Below are positions 46,837 to 56,196 of a stretch of DNA of 64,000 nucleotides, piece by piece. Numbering within the stretch: position 1 is the stretch's first letter; every line of letters begins with the position of its first letter. Under the pieces are notes generated by a model. It saw nothing but the letters and a program-made list of their open reading frames with translations, had not been told where the DNA came from and did no database searches. The stretch spans positions 96,001 through 160,000 of the IMG/VR virus record IMGVR_UViG_3300008116_000011; one strand, given 5' to 3'. The DNA is from a virus. The position numbers and the translations under genes were made by a program.

Positions 46837-47061
46837 TTATTTCCTGGCTTGTTGTCTTTCTTTGTCGAGGGCGATTGCTTTTTCTAATTCTGCGGTTTTT
46901 TTTTCACTCATCATGTTATTAATTTCTGTAATTTCATGCTCTAATTTATTTTGTAAATTAGCTAGAAATTTTGCATCTTTACCTGTAATATTTACAACAT
47001 CAGATGCTTGACGCATAAAAATTAATTCATTAAGAGTAAAATCTACTGAGAATAAATCCAT
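46837..47061 (-). CDS. Small fibre-associated helical protein
   Basis: ORF in the fibre cluster; 'FTLNELIFM...TGKD' resembles 'LNAQELEFL...FKGE' of its neighbour. Confidence 0.6.
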   Translation of the reverse strand: MDLFSVDFTLNELIFMRQASDVVNITGKDAKFLANLQNKLEHEITEINNMMSEKKTAELEKAIALDKERQQARK

Positions 47062-47063
47062 AA

Positions 47064-47267
47064 CTATTGTTTTAATTTAGCGTACTGATTTTGTAATTTA
47101 ATAGCAGTATTATAAATTAATTCTACTGATTCTCCTTTAAATGTTGTTTGTTTTAACAATACAAGTAAAAATTCTAGTTCCTGAGCATTTAATTGGTCAG
47201 AAGCTAAAGGAGAAGTGTTCTGTGGCTGTATGCCTTTTTGTTGGTTAATTTTATCTAATAATCCCAT
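47064..47267 (-). CDS. Small fibre-associated helical protein
   Basis: Likely start MGLLDK (47267), which avoids overlap with the upstream gene. Confidence 0.6.
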   Translation of the reverse strand: MGLLDKINQQKGIQPQNTSPLASDQLNAQELEFLLVLLKQTTFKGESVELIYNTAIKLQNQYAKLKQ

Positions 47268-47286
47268 AACTGATTTTAAAAACATA

Positions 47287-48330
47287 TTATGAATAAATCC
47301 AAATTTCTTGATCTGTACCAATAAATATATTACCTCCAACTTGATATCTAGAAGCAACAGCTGTAGGATCTGTACCTGCACCTATTAAAGCAGCAGCTAC
47401 AAATGCATCTGGGGTGAATGAGCTACTTGCTGCGTTAAATGAACCTGTAAATGCCCATCTTGTAGTACCACTATCAAAAGCAAATAATTCACCTACATTT
47501 TGAGTACCTTGTTGTACTACAAGACCACCATCGCCTGCTGAGTTAGAACCAGAAGCTAATAAAATAAATCTATCTGCTACTTCTAAGTTAACTGTATTTT
47601 GAAAAGAAGCGGTACCTAGTACTGTTAAGTCATTATTAACAACTAAATCACCTGCTATAGTTACATCATTAGGTAAACCAATAGTTACTGTTTGACCAGC
47701 TACTGATGTTTCAATTTCATTAACAGTGCCAGCAATAGTTAATGCTTGGGTCTTTAAATTTACTGTACCATCACCTGTAGAACCAGACACAGCTAATACT
47801 GTAGCAATACCTGTTAAATTGCTACCATCACCAGCAAATGAACCTGTAAATGAACCTGTTAGTACTGATGAAGCTCCAGTTAATTGGATTGATGAAGCAC
47901 CACTAAGTACAGAGCCATTATCTGTTATACTAGAATTTACAAATTTACCATCTGCAGAATTCCATTTAACGATAAGATTATTAGTTAATTGAGCAGCACC
48001 ACTAACAGCTACAGTCCGAGCTGCCGTGCCATCAAAATTAAAAGGAACAATACCTGAACCTTGTGATAATGCATTTGCTAAAAATGAAGCAGAAATACCA
48101 TTTAATCCACTACCATCACCTTGGAAAGAACCACTAAAAGAACCAGAAATAGATACACTAGTAGCACCGGTAGTTGCTAGAATATTGCCAGTACCATTAA
48201 TGGGGGTTGAAGATAGATTACTAGCGTTTCCTCCACCTATTACTACTTGACCGGAAACTAAATTATCTACTTGTAGTGCGGTAAATTCGGGAGAACTACC
48301 AGAGACTACGACTTTTTTCCATTGTGCCAT
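47287..48330 (-). CDS. Tail fibre / baseplate fibre protein
   Basis: SGSFSGSFxGDGS repeats; N-terminus MAQWKKVVVSGS paralogous to the long fibre's MPNWKKVIVSGS. Confidence 0.7.
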   Translation of the reverse strand: MAQWKKVVVSGSSPEFTALQVDNLVSGQVVIGGGNASNLSSTPINGTGNILATTGATSVSISGSFSGSFQGDGSGLNGISASFLANALSQGSGIVPFNFDGTAARTVAVSGAAQLTNNLIVKWNSADGKFVNSSITDNGSVLSGASSIQLTGASSVLTGSFTGSFAGDGSNLTGIATVLAVSGSTGDGTVNLKTQALTIAGTVNEIETSVAGQTVTIGLPNDVTIAGDLVVNNDLTVLGTASFQNTVNLEVADRFILLASGSNSAGDGGLVVQQGTQNVGELFAFDSGTTRWAFTGSFNAASSSFTPDAFVAAALIGAGTDPTAVASRYQVGGNIFIGTDQEIWIYS

Positions 48331-48376
48331 GTTATCTTAATGTTTTATTTAGTGTTGTTCCATTATAAATATTAAA

Positions 48377-49804
48377 TTATTCCAATCCCACATACATTGA
48401 CGATGAAGTAAACCATATACTTCCTGCATCTGTTGTTCCTGTTGGGTCAAAAGCTTGTGGAGCTATGCGAACTATACTTTGACTTACTGTAAATACTTCC
48501 TCTCTAGTTGTGTAATTTCTTATAAGAAAATAATTAGTATAAAATTCAGTTTCTGAATCTTCTCGTATGTTAAGATACTTATTTTCTGGTGCTCCGTATG
48601 TTAGTATAAATAAATTTCCATCTACATTTACTTTAGCTTCTACCACACTACCTTCACTACCTGTAACTAATTTTGAAATAGAAGCATCTAAAGCAAATGA
48701 TGAGGTACCGTATAAAGAACCGGTTATTCCTATATCAACAATTAATGATCCACTTATATTTAAAGAACCAGACATTATATGTTGGTCATCGGATTTTAAT
48801 ATTAATTTTTGATAATTTTCAACTAATCCACCACCAACAAAGAATATAACAGATTCACCAGGAACAGTATTACCTATAACTAAATTTTTACCTGTAGAAA
48901 ACAAATAAGCATCATTTGGTCCACCAACAGATCCAGTAAAATTACTGCTGTTGATACCCATGTTAACAAAGTTAATAAATTCGTCCCCATTATTTGCTGT
49001 AGCTACAATATCTGAAGATGCTGTTTCTCCATCACTTTCATTTCTAATATTAATTTGGGAGTAATTATCAACATTACTTTCAAAAGTAGCAATATTAAAT
49101 GATTCTGTATTTGGTTGGAATACAAATAGAGCTTCTGGGGCATTAGCTGTACCAAATTCTCTATTAATTATAATGCTATACGAATTTGACTGGTGTATGG
49201 CACTAGATGATAAGCTATTTTCAGTATCAAATAATGCTATATATTTAGTAAGACCATTTATATTGTTTGAATAACTAGAGGTAGTAGCAAAAGAGGCACT
49301 ATCAGCAAAAGAAGTACTTACAGCGTAAGAAGCACTATCAGCAAAAGAAGTACTTACAGCGTAAGAGGCACTATCAGCAAAAGAGGCACTATCAGCAAAA
49401 GAAGTATTTACAGCGTAAGAGGCACTATCAGCAAAAGAGGCACTAGCTATATTAAATAACCCACTTCCATCTCCTGAAAATGAACCTGTTATACCTTCAG
49501 TTACTATTAAACTACCTGAAAATATAGCAGGGCCTATGTTAGTAAGAGTGGAAGAACCAGATATAATTAAACTACCTGTTATTATCTGGTTACCATTAAA
49601 CTGATTTGATCCTGTAGTAGCAAAAGAACCAGTATCAATAGAACCTGAAGGTCCCGGAGGACCTTGTTCTCCTTGAGGACCTTGGGGTCCAGGAGTTATT
49701 ACCTCAACAATAGTACTATTTTGGTCAGGGATTACATTTACAGTATTGTATACTGTATTTACTGTAACTGAATTTCCTGATTGGTTGTCAACACATACTG
49801 CCAT
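48377..49804 (-). CDS. Fibre-like virion protein with short collagen segment
   Basis: GPQGPQGEQGPPGPSG, FATTGSNQFNGNQ, SASFADSASYA repeats. Confidence 0.7.
   Translation of the reverse strand: MAVCVDNQSGNSVTVNTVYNTVNVIPDQNSTIVEVITPGPQGPQGEQGPPGPSGSIDTGSFATTGSNQFNGNQIITGSLIISGSSTLTNIGPAIFSGSLIVTEGITGSFSGDGSGLFNIASASFADSASYAVNTSFADSASFADSASYAVSTSFADSASYAVSTSFADSASFATTSSYSNNINGLTKYIALFDTENSLSSSAIHQSNSYSIIINREFGTANAPEALFVFQPNTESFNIATFESNVDNYSQINIRNESDGETASSDIVATANNGDEFINFVNMGINSSNFTGSVGGPNDAYLFSTGKNLVIGNTVPGESVIFFVGGGLVENYQKLILKSDDQHIMSGSLNISGSLIVDIGITGSLYGTSSFALDASISKLVTGSEGSVVEAKVNVDGNLFILTYGAPENKYLNIREDSETEFYTNYFLIRNYTTREEVFTVSQSIVRIAPQAFDPTGTTDAGSIWFTSSSMYVGLE
49285..49446. repeat. Tandem 18/36-bp coding repeats (SASFAD / SASYAVSTSFAD)
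   Basis: Repeated GCACTATCAGCAAAAGA(A/G) units on the + strand. Confidence 0.85.
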
Positions 49805-49805
49805 T

Positions 49806-50180
49806 TTATACTACGGTTACTTCTTTACTTAATTTAACTTTACCTTCTAATATTCTATTAACTATAGGGCAATCACTTCCTGAAATGACATCTAAATCAT
49901 AAACAGCCTCGTTAAATGTAAATTGTGATGATGTGCAAGAAGCAATAAATATACCTATAGCTCCTGAAATGGCATTAGACATGTTTAAACCGGTTCCATC
50001 ATCGTTTAAGCTACTACTTAAAGTAGCTATAACATCATTAGAACCAACATATGGCCTAATTTGCATTTTTGCACTATAATATTGTAAATCTATTGGATTT
50101 CCATTAGAATCTTTATAAATTATAGTGAAATCTGTAGTAGACCCTTGTTCTATAACAAATGAATATTTACCTGCTGCCAT
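49806..50180 (-). CDS. Virion structural protein (beta-sandwich, BppU-N-like)
   Basis: IEQGST..YKDSNGNPIDL..AKMQIR..AVYDL..RILEG. Confidence 0.55.
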   Translation of the reverse strand: MAAGKYSFVIEQGSTTDFTIIYKDSNGNPIDLQYYSAKMQIRPYVGSNDVIATLSSSLNDDGTGLNMSNAISGAIGIFIASCTSSQFTFNEAVYDLDVISGSDCPIVNRILEGKVKLSKEVTVV

Positions 50181-50220
50181 ACTTTGTAGAAATTACTGGC
50201 TATAAATATTGTTTTATTTG

Positions 50221-50889
50221 TTATTTACCGTATTCGTATTCGAGTATTTTCCCGACTAGATCCGATCTGTGGTTTTCTTTTAATTTAATCCACTTAATTT
50301 CGTCGATTTTTTTAGATAGTTCAATAGCATATTGTAAACCGTTTGCTTCACCTGTTGGTATTCTAATATCAGTTTGTTCATTATCGCCGTTTATGACAAT
50401 TTTACCTGTTTTACCTAAACGGGTTAATATAGCTAGCATTTCACCTCTAGTTAGGTTTTGTGCTTCTTCTACAATTAAAATATCGTCAATTGTTTTACCA
50501 CGAATAAATTGTACTGGTAGTGCTTTAACTTTACCTTCCTCAATTAATGCTGGTACTTCATTTTTATTAGTACAACATTTGTTAAGATTTTCAATAAGTG
50601 CTTCCATGTATGGATCAAACTTTTCACTTAATGCTCCTGGAAGATATCCCAGTGATTTACCTACTTCAATAGCGGCTCTTGTATTATAAATGCAGTTAAT
50701 TTGTTTTTTCTTAAGAAAATCTAATGCGGCTTGAGCACATACTAATGATTTACCGGAACCTGCTCTACCTGTTATAACTACTATTTGGTTTTCTACTATT
50801 AACCTTTTTGCTTCTTTTTGCTCTTCATTTAATTGAAGAGCATTAATAGACTTAATATCGTTTTTTCTTTCACGATTTGGTTCCCTCAT
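50221..50889 (-). CDS. phoH: PhoH-family ATPase
   Basis: GRAGSGKS, GYLPG, RGKT, EEAQN, TRLG, GDNEQTD, HRS. Start MREP (50889), downstream of the promoter at 50904-50911. Confidence 0.92.
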   Translation of the reverse strand: MREPNRERKNDIKSINALQLNEEQKEAKRLIVENQIVVITGRAGSGKSLVCAQAALDFLKKKQINCIYNTRAAIEVGKSLGYLPGALSEKFDPYMEALIENLNKCCTNKNEVPALIEEGKVKALPVQFIRGKTIDDILIVEEAQNLTRGEMLAILTRLGKTGKIVINGDNEQTDIRIPTGEANGLQYAIELSKKIDEIKWIKLKENHRSDLVGKILEYEYGK

Positions 50890-50911
50890 GCAACAATGTT
50901 TGCTATAAATA

Positions 50912-51427
50912 TTAAATATCAAGCAATTTTAGATTACCCTCTTTATCATATCCCATATTACCTGGATTGATATCTAGGAATTGTTTTGTATTTATTTGTT
51001 GTGTTTTATAAAAAAAGTCTAGCCATCTGTTAAGTAGCTCTAATTTTTCTGGAGCTTTTTGTTTTAATTCTTCTACAGCGTTTTTTTTCTCTTTAGAATT
51101 TAAAGATATTGATTCTAACCACCCTGTAACATCTGATGGGTAATTAAAATCAAAAATATCAGCTAATTCATCTAATTCTTTTCCTACTCTATCAGTGTCT
51201 AATTTTTCTTGAGCCATCCATCTTTTATCCCAGTTTATTTTTACTATTTTAGCATATAATTCAGGATATTTAAGTGATGTCTCATACTCTTTTTTTACCA
51301 TTGAATTTGAGGCAGGGCCCCAAATTTTAATTATATATTGAGGAAGAGCATCAAAACTAAATACAGATTTAAAAGCACCATATTTGTTTAGTTTATCTTT
51401 ACGATATCTTATTTTAGCTTCTTGCAT
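50912..51427 (-). CDS. Minimal protein-kinase-like protein
   Basis: GAFKSVF (Gly loop-like), IIKI (VAIK), KKE, DINPGN catalytic loop, LLD. Confidence 0.6.
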   Translation of the reverse strand: MQEAKIRYRKDKLNKYGAFKSVFSFDALPQYIIKIWGPASNSMVKKEYETSLKYPELYAKIVKINWDKRWMAQEKLDTDRVGKELDELADIFDFNYPSDVTGWLESISLNSKEKKNAVEELKQKAPEKLELLNRWLDFFYKTQQINTKQFLDINPGNMGYDKEGNLKLLDI

Positions 51428-51452
51428 TATTGTTAATTATATCGATAAATAT

Positions 51453-51482
51453 AAAAAAAGAGTCGAGCTTTCGCTCGACTCT
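51453..51482 (-). terminator. Intrinsic terminator after the major capsid gene
   Basis: AGAGTCGAGC-GAAA-GCTCGACTCT followed by a T tract on minus. Confidence 0.85.
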
Positions 51483-51504
51483 CTTATTATCATCATTCTA
51501 ATGA

Positions 51505-53178
51505 TTAAGCAATACCAAGGGCGTTTAAGCCATTAACAAACACTTTACCATAGAATTCAGGACGTACCATTTTCTTAGCGTAACGAGTCATGATACCTTT
51601 TCTTGGTACGAAAGTTTCTGGATCGTACACAAGAGGGGTCATCAACAATGGTACATAAGGAGCATAAACAGCACCTGATTCAAGGAACTGAGCACCTTTG
51701 TAACCCATTAAGATCACGTTATTGCTGAAGTAAGGGTTAACATATACTTTGAAACGAGAGTTCAAAGAACCGATCTTTTGGCTACCGAAGTTAAACACTT
51801 TCTCAAGATCAGCACCTGCATCAGAAGCATATCCTGGGATAGACTGCATGATAGTAGCGATCTGAGGAGAGATAACTAAGAAGTTAGCTTGACCACGAAG
51901 AGTCTTTTGTAAGATCTTGTTAGATACAGATTGTAATACAGTACCCAATGTTGCAAACCAACCACCTTGTGTGTTATAGAAACCACCAGTTGTAGTAGAA
52001 GTTTGAACGAAAGTTGAACCATTCCACAATTTGTTGTTTTCAGCTGACCAGTAACCAATAGTAGCTGCTTCTTCAGTTAACATAGAAAGGATTTCTAAGT
52101 CGATTTCCATTGCAATGTACTGAGAAAGAAGACCTGTTAATTCCGCTTCAGCGTCGATGTTCTGATAAGCGTTAAGGTCTTGAGCTAATTCTGGTGTCCA
52201 TTGAGCCTTTAATTTACGAGTCTTAGCAACAATAGCATCAGATTTTAACTGGATATTGATTGTTGGGATGTCGATTTGAGCAGGATCAGCGGCATTCGGA
52301 ATAGCGATGTTAGTATTGTCAGCTTCGAAATCACCACGTAAAGCAGGAGTTGTTTGCTTATTGTAGTACAATTCGATTGAACCAGAAGAGGTTGAACCAG
52401 TTAATGGGAAATTAACTACGAATTGTAATGCAGTAGCACCACTACCACTCTGATAGTTAGTGAACTGTTGTAATACTACAGGAGCAGCAACTACAGAGCT
52501 ACTTGGAATCCAAGCTTGTACTGACAAGAAGTCAGGTAAAGCTAAGTTAGAAGCTAATTGAGCATCAGATACATTGATTACATATAATGAACCAGTAGAA
52601 GACTCATAACGAGAATCCCAATCAACATCAGCTAAAGAATTAACTAAAGATGCAGAATAAGTAACAGATGCAGAGAATTGGTTAATTGAATAACCATATC
52701 TACCTTGACCATAAAGACCACCTGTTGGATCTACGTTAGTGATGTCATAATCAGTTGCCTGAACATCAGCTAATGAACCATAAAGTGATTTACCTTGCTG
52801 GAAAGGAGTTTTGTTATTACCATACTGGAAATCCAAGTAGAATACGAGGCCAGAAGGCATAGACATTGGTTGAACTGAAACGAAGTCTTTAGCTACGATT
52901 TCAGCAAATACACGGCGAACGAGTGGTAATGCGATACCAGCCCAGTTTTCACCAGTTCCACCAAGCATAGAGTTGGTACCAGCAGTAATGTTGGTAGACT
53001 CAACTACTAATTGCTTAGCTTGGTTCTCAAGGATCACAGCCATATTGTTTTTTTCAATTTCGCTGCCAATGCCCTCAAGAAGACCGCTCTTACTCCATTT
53101 GGTAGCAACCTTAGCAGCTTCTGCTTGTTGGCTCTTCCATGGATTAGCGCTTTCTAAAAGCATGTTTAAATTTTCCAT
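51505..53178 (-). CDS. Major capsid protein (gp23-like)
   Basis: KWSKSGLLEG, LENQ, VQPMSMPSGLVFYL, RKLKAQWTPELAQDL, YAPYVPL, TRY. Confidence 0.97.
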   Translation of the reverse strand: MENLNMLLESANPWKSQQAEAAKVATKWSKSGLLEGIGSEIEKNNMAVILENQAKQLVVESTNITAGTNSMLGGTGENWAGIALPLVRRVFAEIVAKDFVSVQPMSMPSGLVFYLDFQYGNNKTPFQQGKSLYGSLADVQATDYDITNVDPTGGLYGQGRYGYSINQFSASVTYSASLVNSLADVDWDSRYESSTGSLYVINVSDAQLASNLALPDFLSVQAWIPSSSVVAAPVVLQQFTNYQSGSGATALQFVVNFPLTGSTSSGSIELYYNKQTTPALRGDFEADNTNIAIPNAADPAQIDIPTINIQLKSDAIVAKTRKLKAQWTPELAQDLNAYQNIDAEAELTGLLSQYIAMEIDLEILSMLTEEAATIGYWSAENNKLWNGSTFVQTSTTTGGFYNTQGGWFATLGTVLQSVSNKILQKTLRGQANFLVISPQIATIMQSIPGYASDAGADLEKVFNFGSQKIGSLNSRFKVYVNPYFSNNVILMGYKGAQFLESGAVYAPYVPLLMTPLVYDPETFVPRKGIMTRYAKKMVRPEFYGKVFVNGLNALGIA

Positions 53179-53200
53179 TCTAAGAAATTTTGTTTTTAAA

Positions 53201-54325
53201 TTATTTAATGTTTGCTAACTTTTTCATCCTAGCAATGAAGTCGTTACTTTCAACAATTGCTTGTTTTTGTGGAGCAACGCCTGCTGCTTTAGATGCAAAT
53301 CCTAAAGATTCTTTGATATGAGCTTTTCCAGATTTAGTAGCAAATGTTTCGTTTAATGATTCATAAACAAGTTTTGCTTCTTTAGCTGATTCAGCTTTAT
53401 CAAATGCTTGTACAACCTTAATTTTTTGTGATTCAGTTAAGTTTTTAGACTTAAAGATTTTGTTAACATAAAGTAACTTAGCGTTTAACAAGTTAACTTC
53501 TTGAAGTTCTTGACGAAGAGTATTTACAGTTTCAAGAGCTAAATTTAGATCTTCCTGCATTTTTTTCTTCTTCTTGTAATCTTCAACTCCTTCTTCTTCA
53601 GCAGTGTCTTTTTTATCACCACGTTTAGAAGCAGGAACGTCACCTTTGTTACCACCGTACTTTTTGTGTTTTTTACCTTCAGTAAGCTCGGTTTCTTCAT
53701 CTAACAATTCAGCTAGAATTTCATCGAGGTTTACTTCTTCAATGTCTACAACTTCATCATCGGCTGTGTCAGGTAACTCATCAGACATTTTCATATCCGC
53801 AGATACGTCTATGTTTGCGTTACCATCACCACCCATTTCTTGAGAAACTATGTCGCGGATCATAGCTTCTAATTCATCTATGGAAAGTTCAGATACTTCT
53901 TTTTCTTCCTCTTCTGATTCTTCTTCGTCGTCTTCTACATCTTCAACGTCTTCTTCGGCTTCGATTTCTTCTTCATCTTCAGCCTTTTTAGCTTCGTTTA
54001 ATTCTGCATCAAGTTCGGCGAGAATTTCATCAAGGTCGATTTCGGCGATTGAATTATCGTCGTCATCATAATTCATACCTGACATTCCTTCCATTTTTTC
54101 TTTAGCCATTTCAGCTTCGATGTCATCAGTCATCTTGTCATCTAATTCATCGATCATGTCATCTTCTGTCAAGTCGTCCATCTTTTCTTGCAATCTTGCA
54201 TTGAACATAGATGTTAAACGTGGCATAAAAGCTTCTTCAAGAGCGAGTTTAGCTTGAGCAAGAGCAGTTTCGCGAACAGCTTTAGCGTCAGCAATGGCCT
54301 CCTTTAAAAGGTCTTTTGTGTTCAT
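53201..54325 (-). CDS. Prohead core / scaffold protein
   Basis: Very acidic, upstream of the capsid gene; NAKLLY, C-terminal RMKKLANIK. Confidence 0.8.
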   Translation of the reverse strand: MNTKDLLKEAIADAKAVRETALAQAKLALEEAFMPRLTSMFNARLQEKMDDLTEDDMIDELDDKMTDDIEAEMAKEKMEGMSGMNYDDDDNSIAEIDLDEILAELDAELNEAKKAEDEEEIEAEEDVEDVEDDEEESEEEEKEVSELSIDELEAMIRDIVSQEMGGDGNANIDVSADMKMSDELPDTADDEVVDIEEVNLDEILAELLDEETELTEGKKHKKYGGNKGDVPASKRGDKKDTAEEEGVEDYKKKKKMQEDLNLALETVNTLRQELQEVNLLNAKLLYVNKIFKSKNLTESQKIKVVQAFDKAESAKEAKLVYESLNETFATKSGKAHIKESLGFASKAAGVAPQKQAIVESNDFIARMKKLANIK

Positions 54326-54480
54326 TTTTCCTTAAATTTAGTTTGCGGAAATAAGCTTAATGTAAAAAGCTTAATAGGTTGTTATTGATATTGACAGAGC
54401 TATAAAGAGTAGAGTAGGATAGCTCATTAGTCGTAAATAAATATATGTGGAAATACAAAAACCGCGTTTCGATGCGATTT

Positions 54481-54891
54481 TTATTCAAAAGCTCTTTGGT
54501 AAGATTTAGCTGCTTCTTTTAAAGAGCTAGCGGCCCATTTAAGTTGATATGCTGTTTCACTTAGATTATCTAATTTATTACTAATTTTTTCTAATTCACG
54601 TACATTATCAGGAATATCAAATATATCATATGGTTCATATATATCAAAATATTCTTCAAATAATTTTTTTAAAACGTTTTCTGTATTTTCTAGATTTTGT
54701 TTAAGAGTTTCTAGTTGAGATGGATTGTTGATAACATCACTTATACTTAAACTAGATAATTGATCCGCATAAGATTGAACTTTATCTGAAAAGAAATTTT
54801 CTTCTTTTTGAGCTTTAGCTACTAAATCATCTATGCTTTTTCTAGGAGGTGTTACTCTAGCTTCTTTTAGTATGTCATGAAGTTTAATCAT
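54481..54891 (-). CDS. Helical protein with MIKLHDILKEA leader
   Basis: Head cluster; shared leader. Confidence 0.65.
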   Translation of the reverse strand: MIKLHDILKEARVTPPRKSIDDLVAKAQKEENFFSDKVQSYADQLSSLSISDVINNPSQLETLKQNLENTENVLKKLFEEYFDIYEPYDIFDIPDNVRELEKISNKLDNLSETAYQLKWAASSLKEAAKSYQRAFE

Positions 54892-55016
54892 CTTCCTTGT
54901 CCTCTATAGTTTTTTTCTGAACGATCGTGTTTATTAAATGACTTTTGTGATTTGCCTTTTTTGCGTTTGCCAAAAGTAATTTTAGTTGAACCGCTTGAAC
55001 CTTTTGCTTTTGCCAT
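54888..55016 (-). CDS. Small basic protein (42 aa, not in ORF track)
   Basis: MAKAKGSSGSTKITFGKRKKGKSQKSFNKHDRSEKNYRGQGR; ATGA overlap with the next gene. Confidence 0.7.
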   Translation of the reverse strand: MAKAKGSSGSTKITFGKRKKGKSQKSFNKHDRSEKNYRGQGR

Positions 55017-55024
55017 GACTTTTA

Positions 55025-55396
55025 TTATTGTAAGTTAACTAATTTATATTTGGTTGAATATAATAAATTTACTACGTTATCTATTTCGTTTTGAATAAAA
55101 CTATCTGCTAAATTTGGTGCTTGTCTTAAAGCACATACAATTTGAATTAACTTATCAAAATAAGCTACAATATTTGCACCGTCACAATTATTATCTAAGT
55201 TAACTACCGGTTTAAATTTAATTAAACCATATTTTCCTTGATATGATTCTACTAAACCATCAATTAAATCAACTATATCTTCATAATATTTTTGAAGTGC
55301 TTTGTGAGCAGCATAAGCACCAGGACCACTTACACCTAAATGAAATACGTGTGCTTGAGTTCTAGAGTGCATTAATATCGATGCTAATTCTTCCAT
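55025..55396 (-). CDS. Ferritin/Dps-like four-helix protein (DUF5856-like)
   Basis: HVFHL..AAHKAL..YY....D.LVESYQG..IQNEID. Confidence 0.65.
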   Translation of the reverse strand: MEELASILMHSRTQAHVFHLGVSGPGAYAAHKALQKYYEDIVDLIDGLVESYQGKYGLIKFKPVVNLDNNCDGANIVAYFDKLIQIVCALRQAPNLADSFIQNEIDNVVNLLYSTKYKLVNLQ

Positions 55397-55402
55397 GTTG
55401 TT

Positions 55403-55729
55403 TTATTTTGTCTCTTTTAATCCATAAGGTATACCTAATACTCCATGAACTGCTCTTCTAAATGCTTTTTGAGTTTCCATTTGAATTGCTTTCATTACAA
55501 GTTCTTGTAAAGCAGGATTATTAATTAATAAAGGTATTTTTCCATTTGAAGGATCATGATAAAATGCACTTAGTTTTATTCTCATCATTCCATGATCATT
55601 AATGTAAAGTTTAACAGATGGAACATCGTCCATTAATTCTCGATCTGGAAGGTAATTGTGTTCTTCTTCATCAACAATTCCTGCTAATTCTTGCATTCTT
55701 TTAGATTCTGTAATGAATTGTTTTGACAT
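55403..55729 (-). CDS. Hypothetical protein with MSKQFITESKRMQELAGI leader
   Basis: Shared leader; head cluster. Confidence 0.65.
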   Translation of the reverse strand: MSKQFITESKRMQELAGIVDEEEHNYLPDRELMDDVPSVKLYINDHGMMRIKLSAFYHDPSNGKIPLLINNPALQELVMKAIQMETQKAFRRAVHGVLGIPYGLKETK

Positions 55730-55734
55730 TTTAA

Positions 55735-56184
55735 TTATTTGTATGGGTTTTCCTTTGCTTTATTCCAATAAATTAAACTATCTTCACCAATAGAAAATTC
55801 ATTAGAATGATTTTTTATATAATCTTCAGCATATCTCTTTAAAACATCAGCAGCTTCTGCTCCTGTCATGTCGCTAGAACCGAATGCAAATTTTTTAGTT
55901 CTATCATTTATTGAACTTCCTAAATCTAATTTTTTTTCATCACTCATTTTATTAAGAACGGGTCTGATGTTTTTTTCATAGAATGCTATTTGAGCTTTTC
56001 TATCAGCTTGTTGTTTTTGATCTAGTTGATGCACTTTAACTCCACCTAATATAGTAGCAGCTGTTAGTCCTAATCCAATAAGCCAATCTTTAAAACCTTC
56101 GTCTATTGTTTCTTCTTGATTTTCAGCAATAATGCCTGCTAGTTTTTGCATTCTTTTTGCTTCGGTAATAAATTGCTTTGACAT
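55735..56184 (-). CDS. Hypothetical protein with MSKQFITEAKRMQKLAGI leader and a hydrophobic helix
   Basis: Shared leader, then EGFKDWLIGLGLTAATILGG. Confidence 0.65.
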   Translation of the reverse strand: MSKQFITEAKRMQKLAGIIAENQEETIDEGFKDWLIGLGLTAATILGGVKVHQLDQKQQADRKAQIAFYEKNIRPVLNKMSDEKKLDLGSSINDRTKKFAFGSSDMTGAEAADVLKRYAEDYIKNHSNEFSIGEDSLIYWNKAKENPYK

Positions 56185-56196
56185 TCTAGTTTAATT

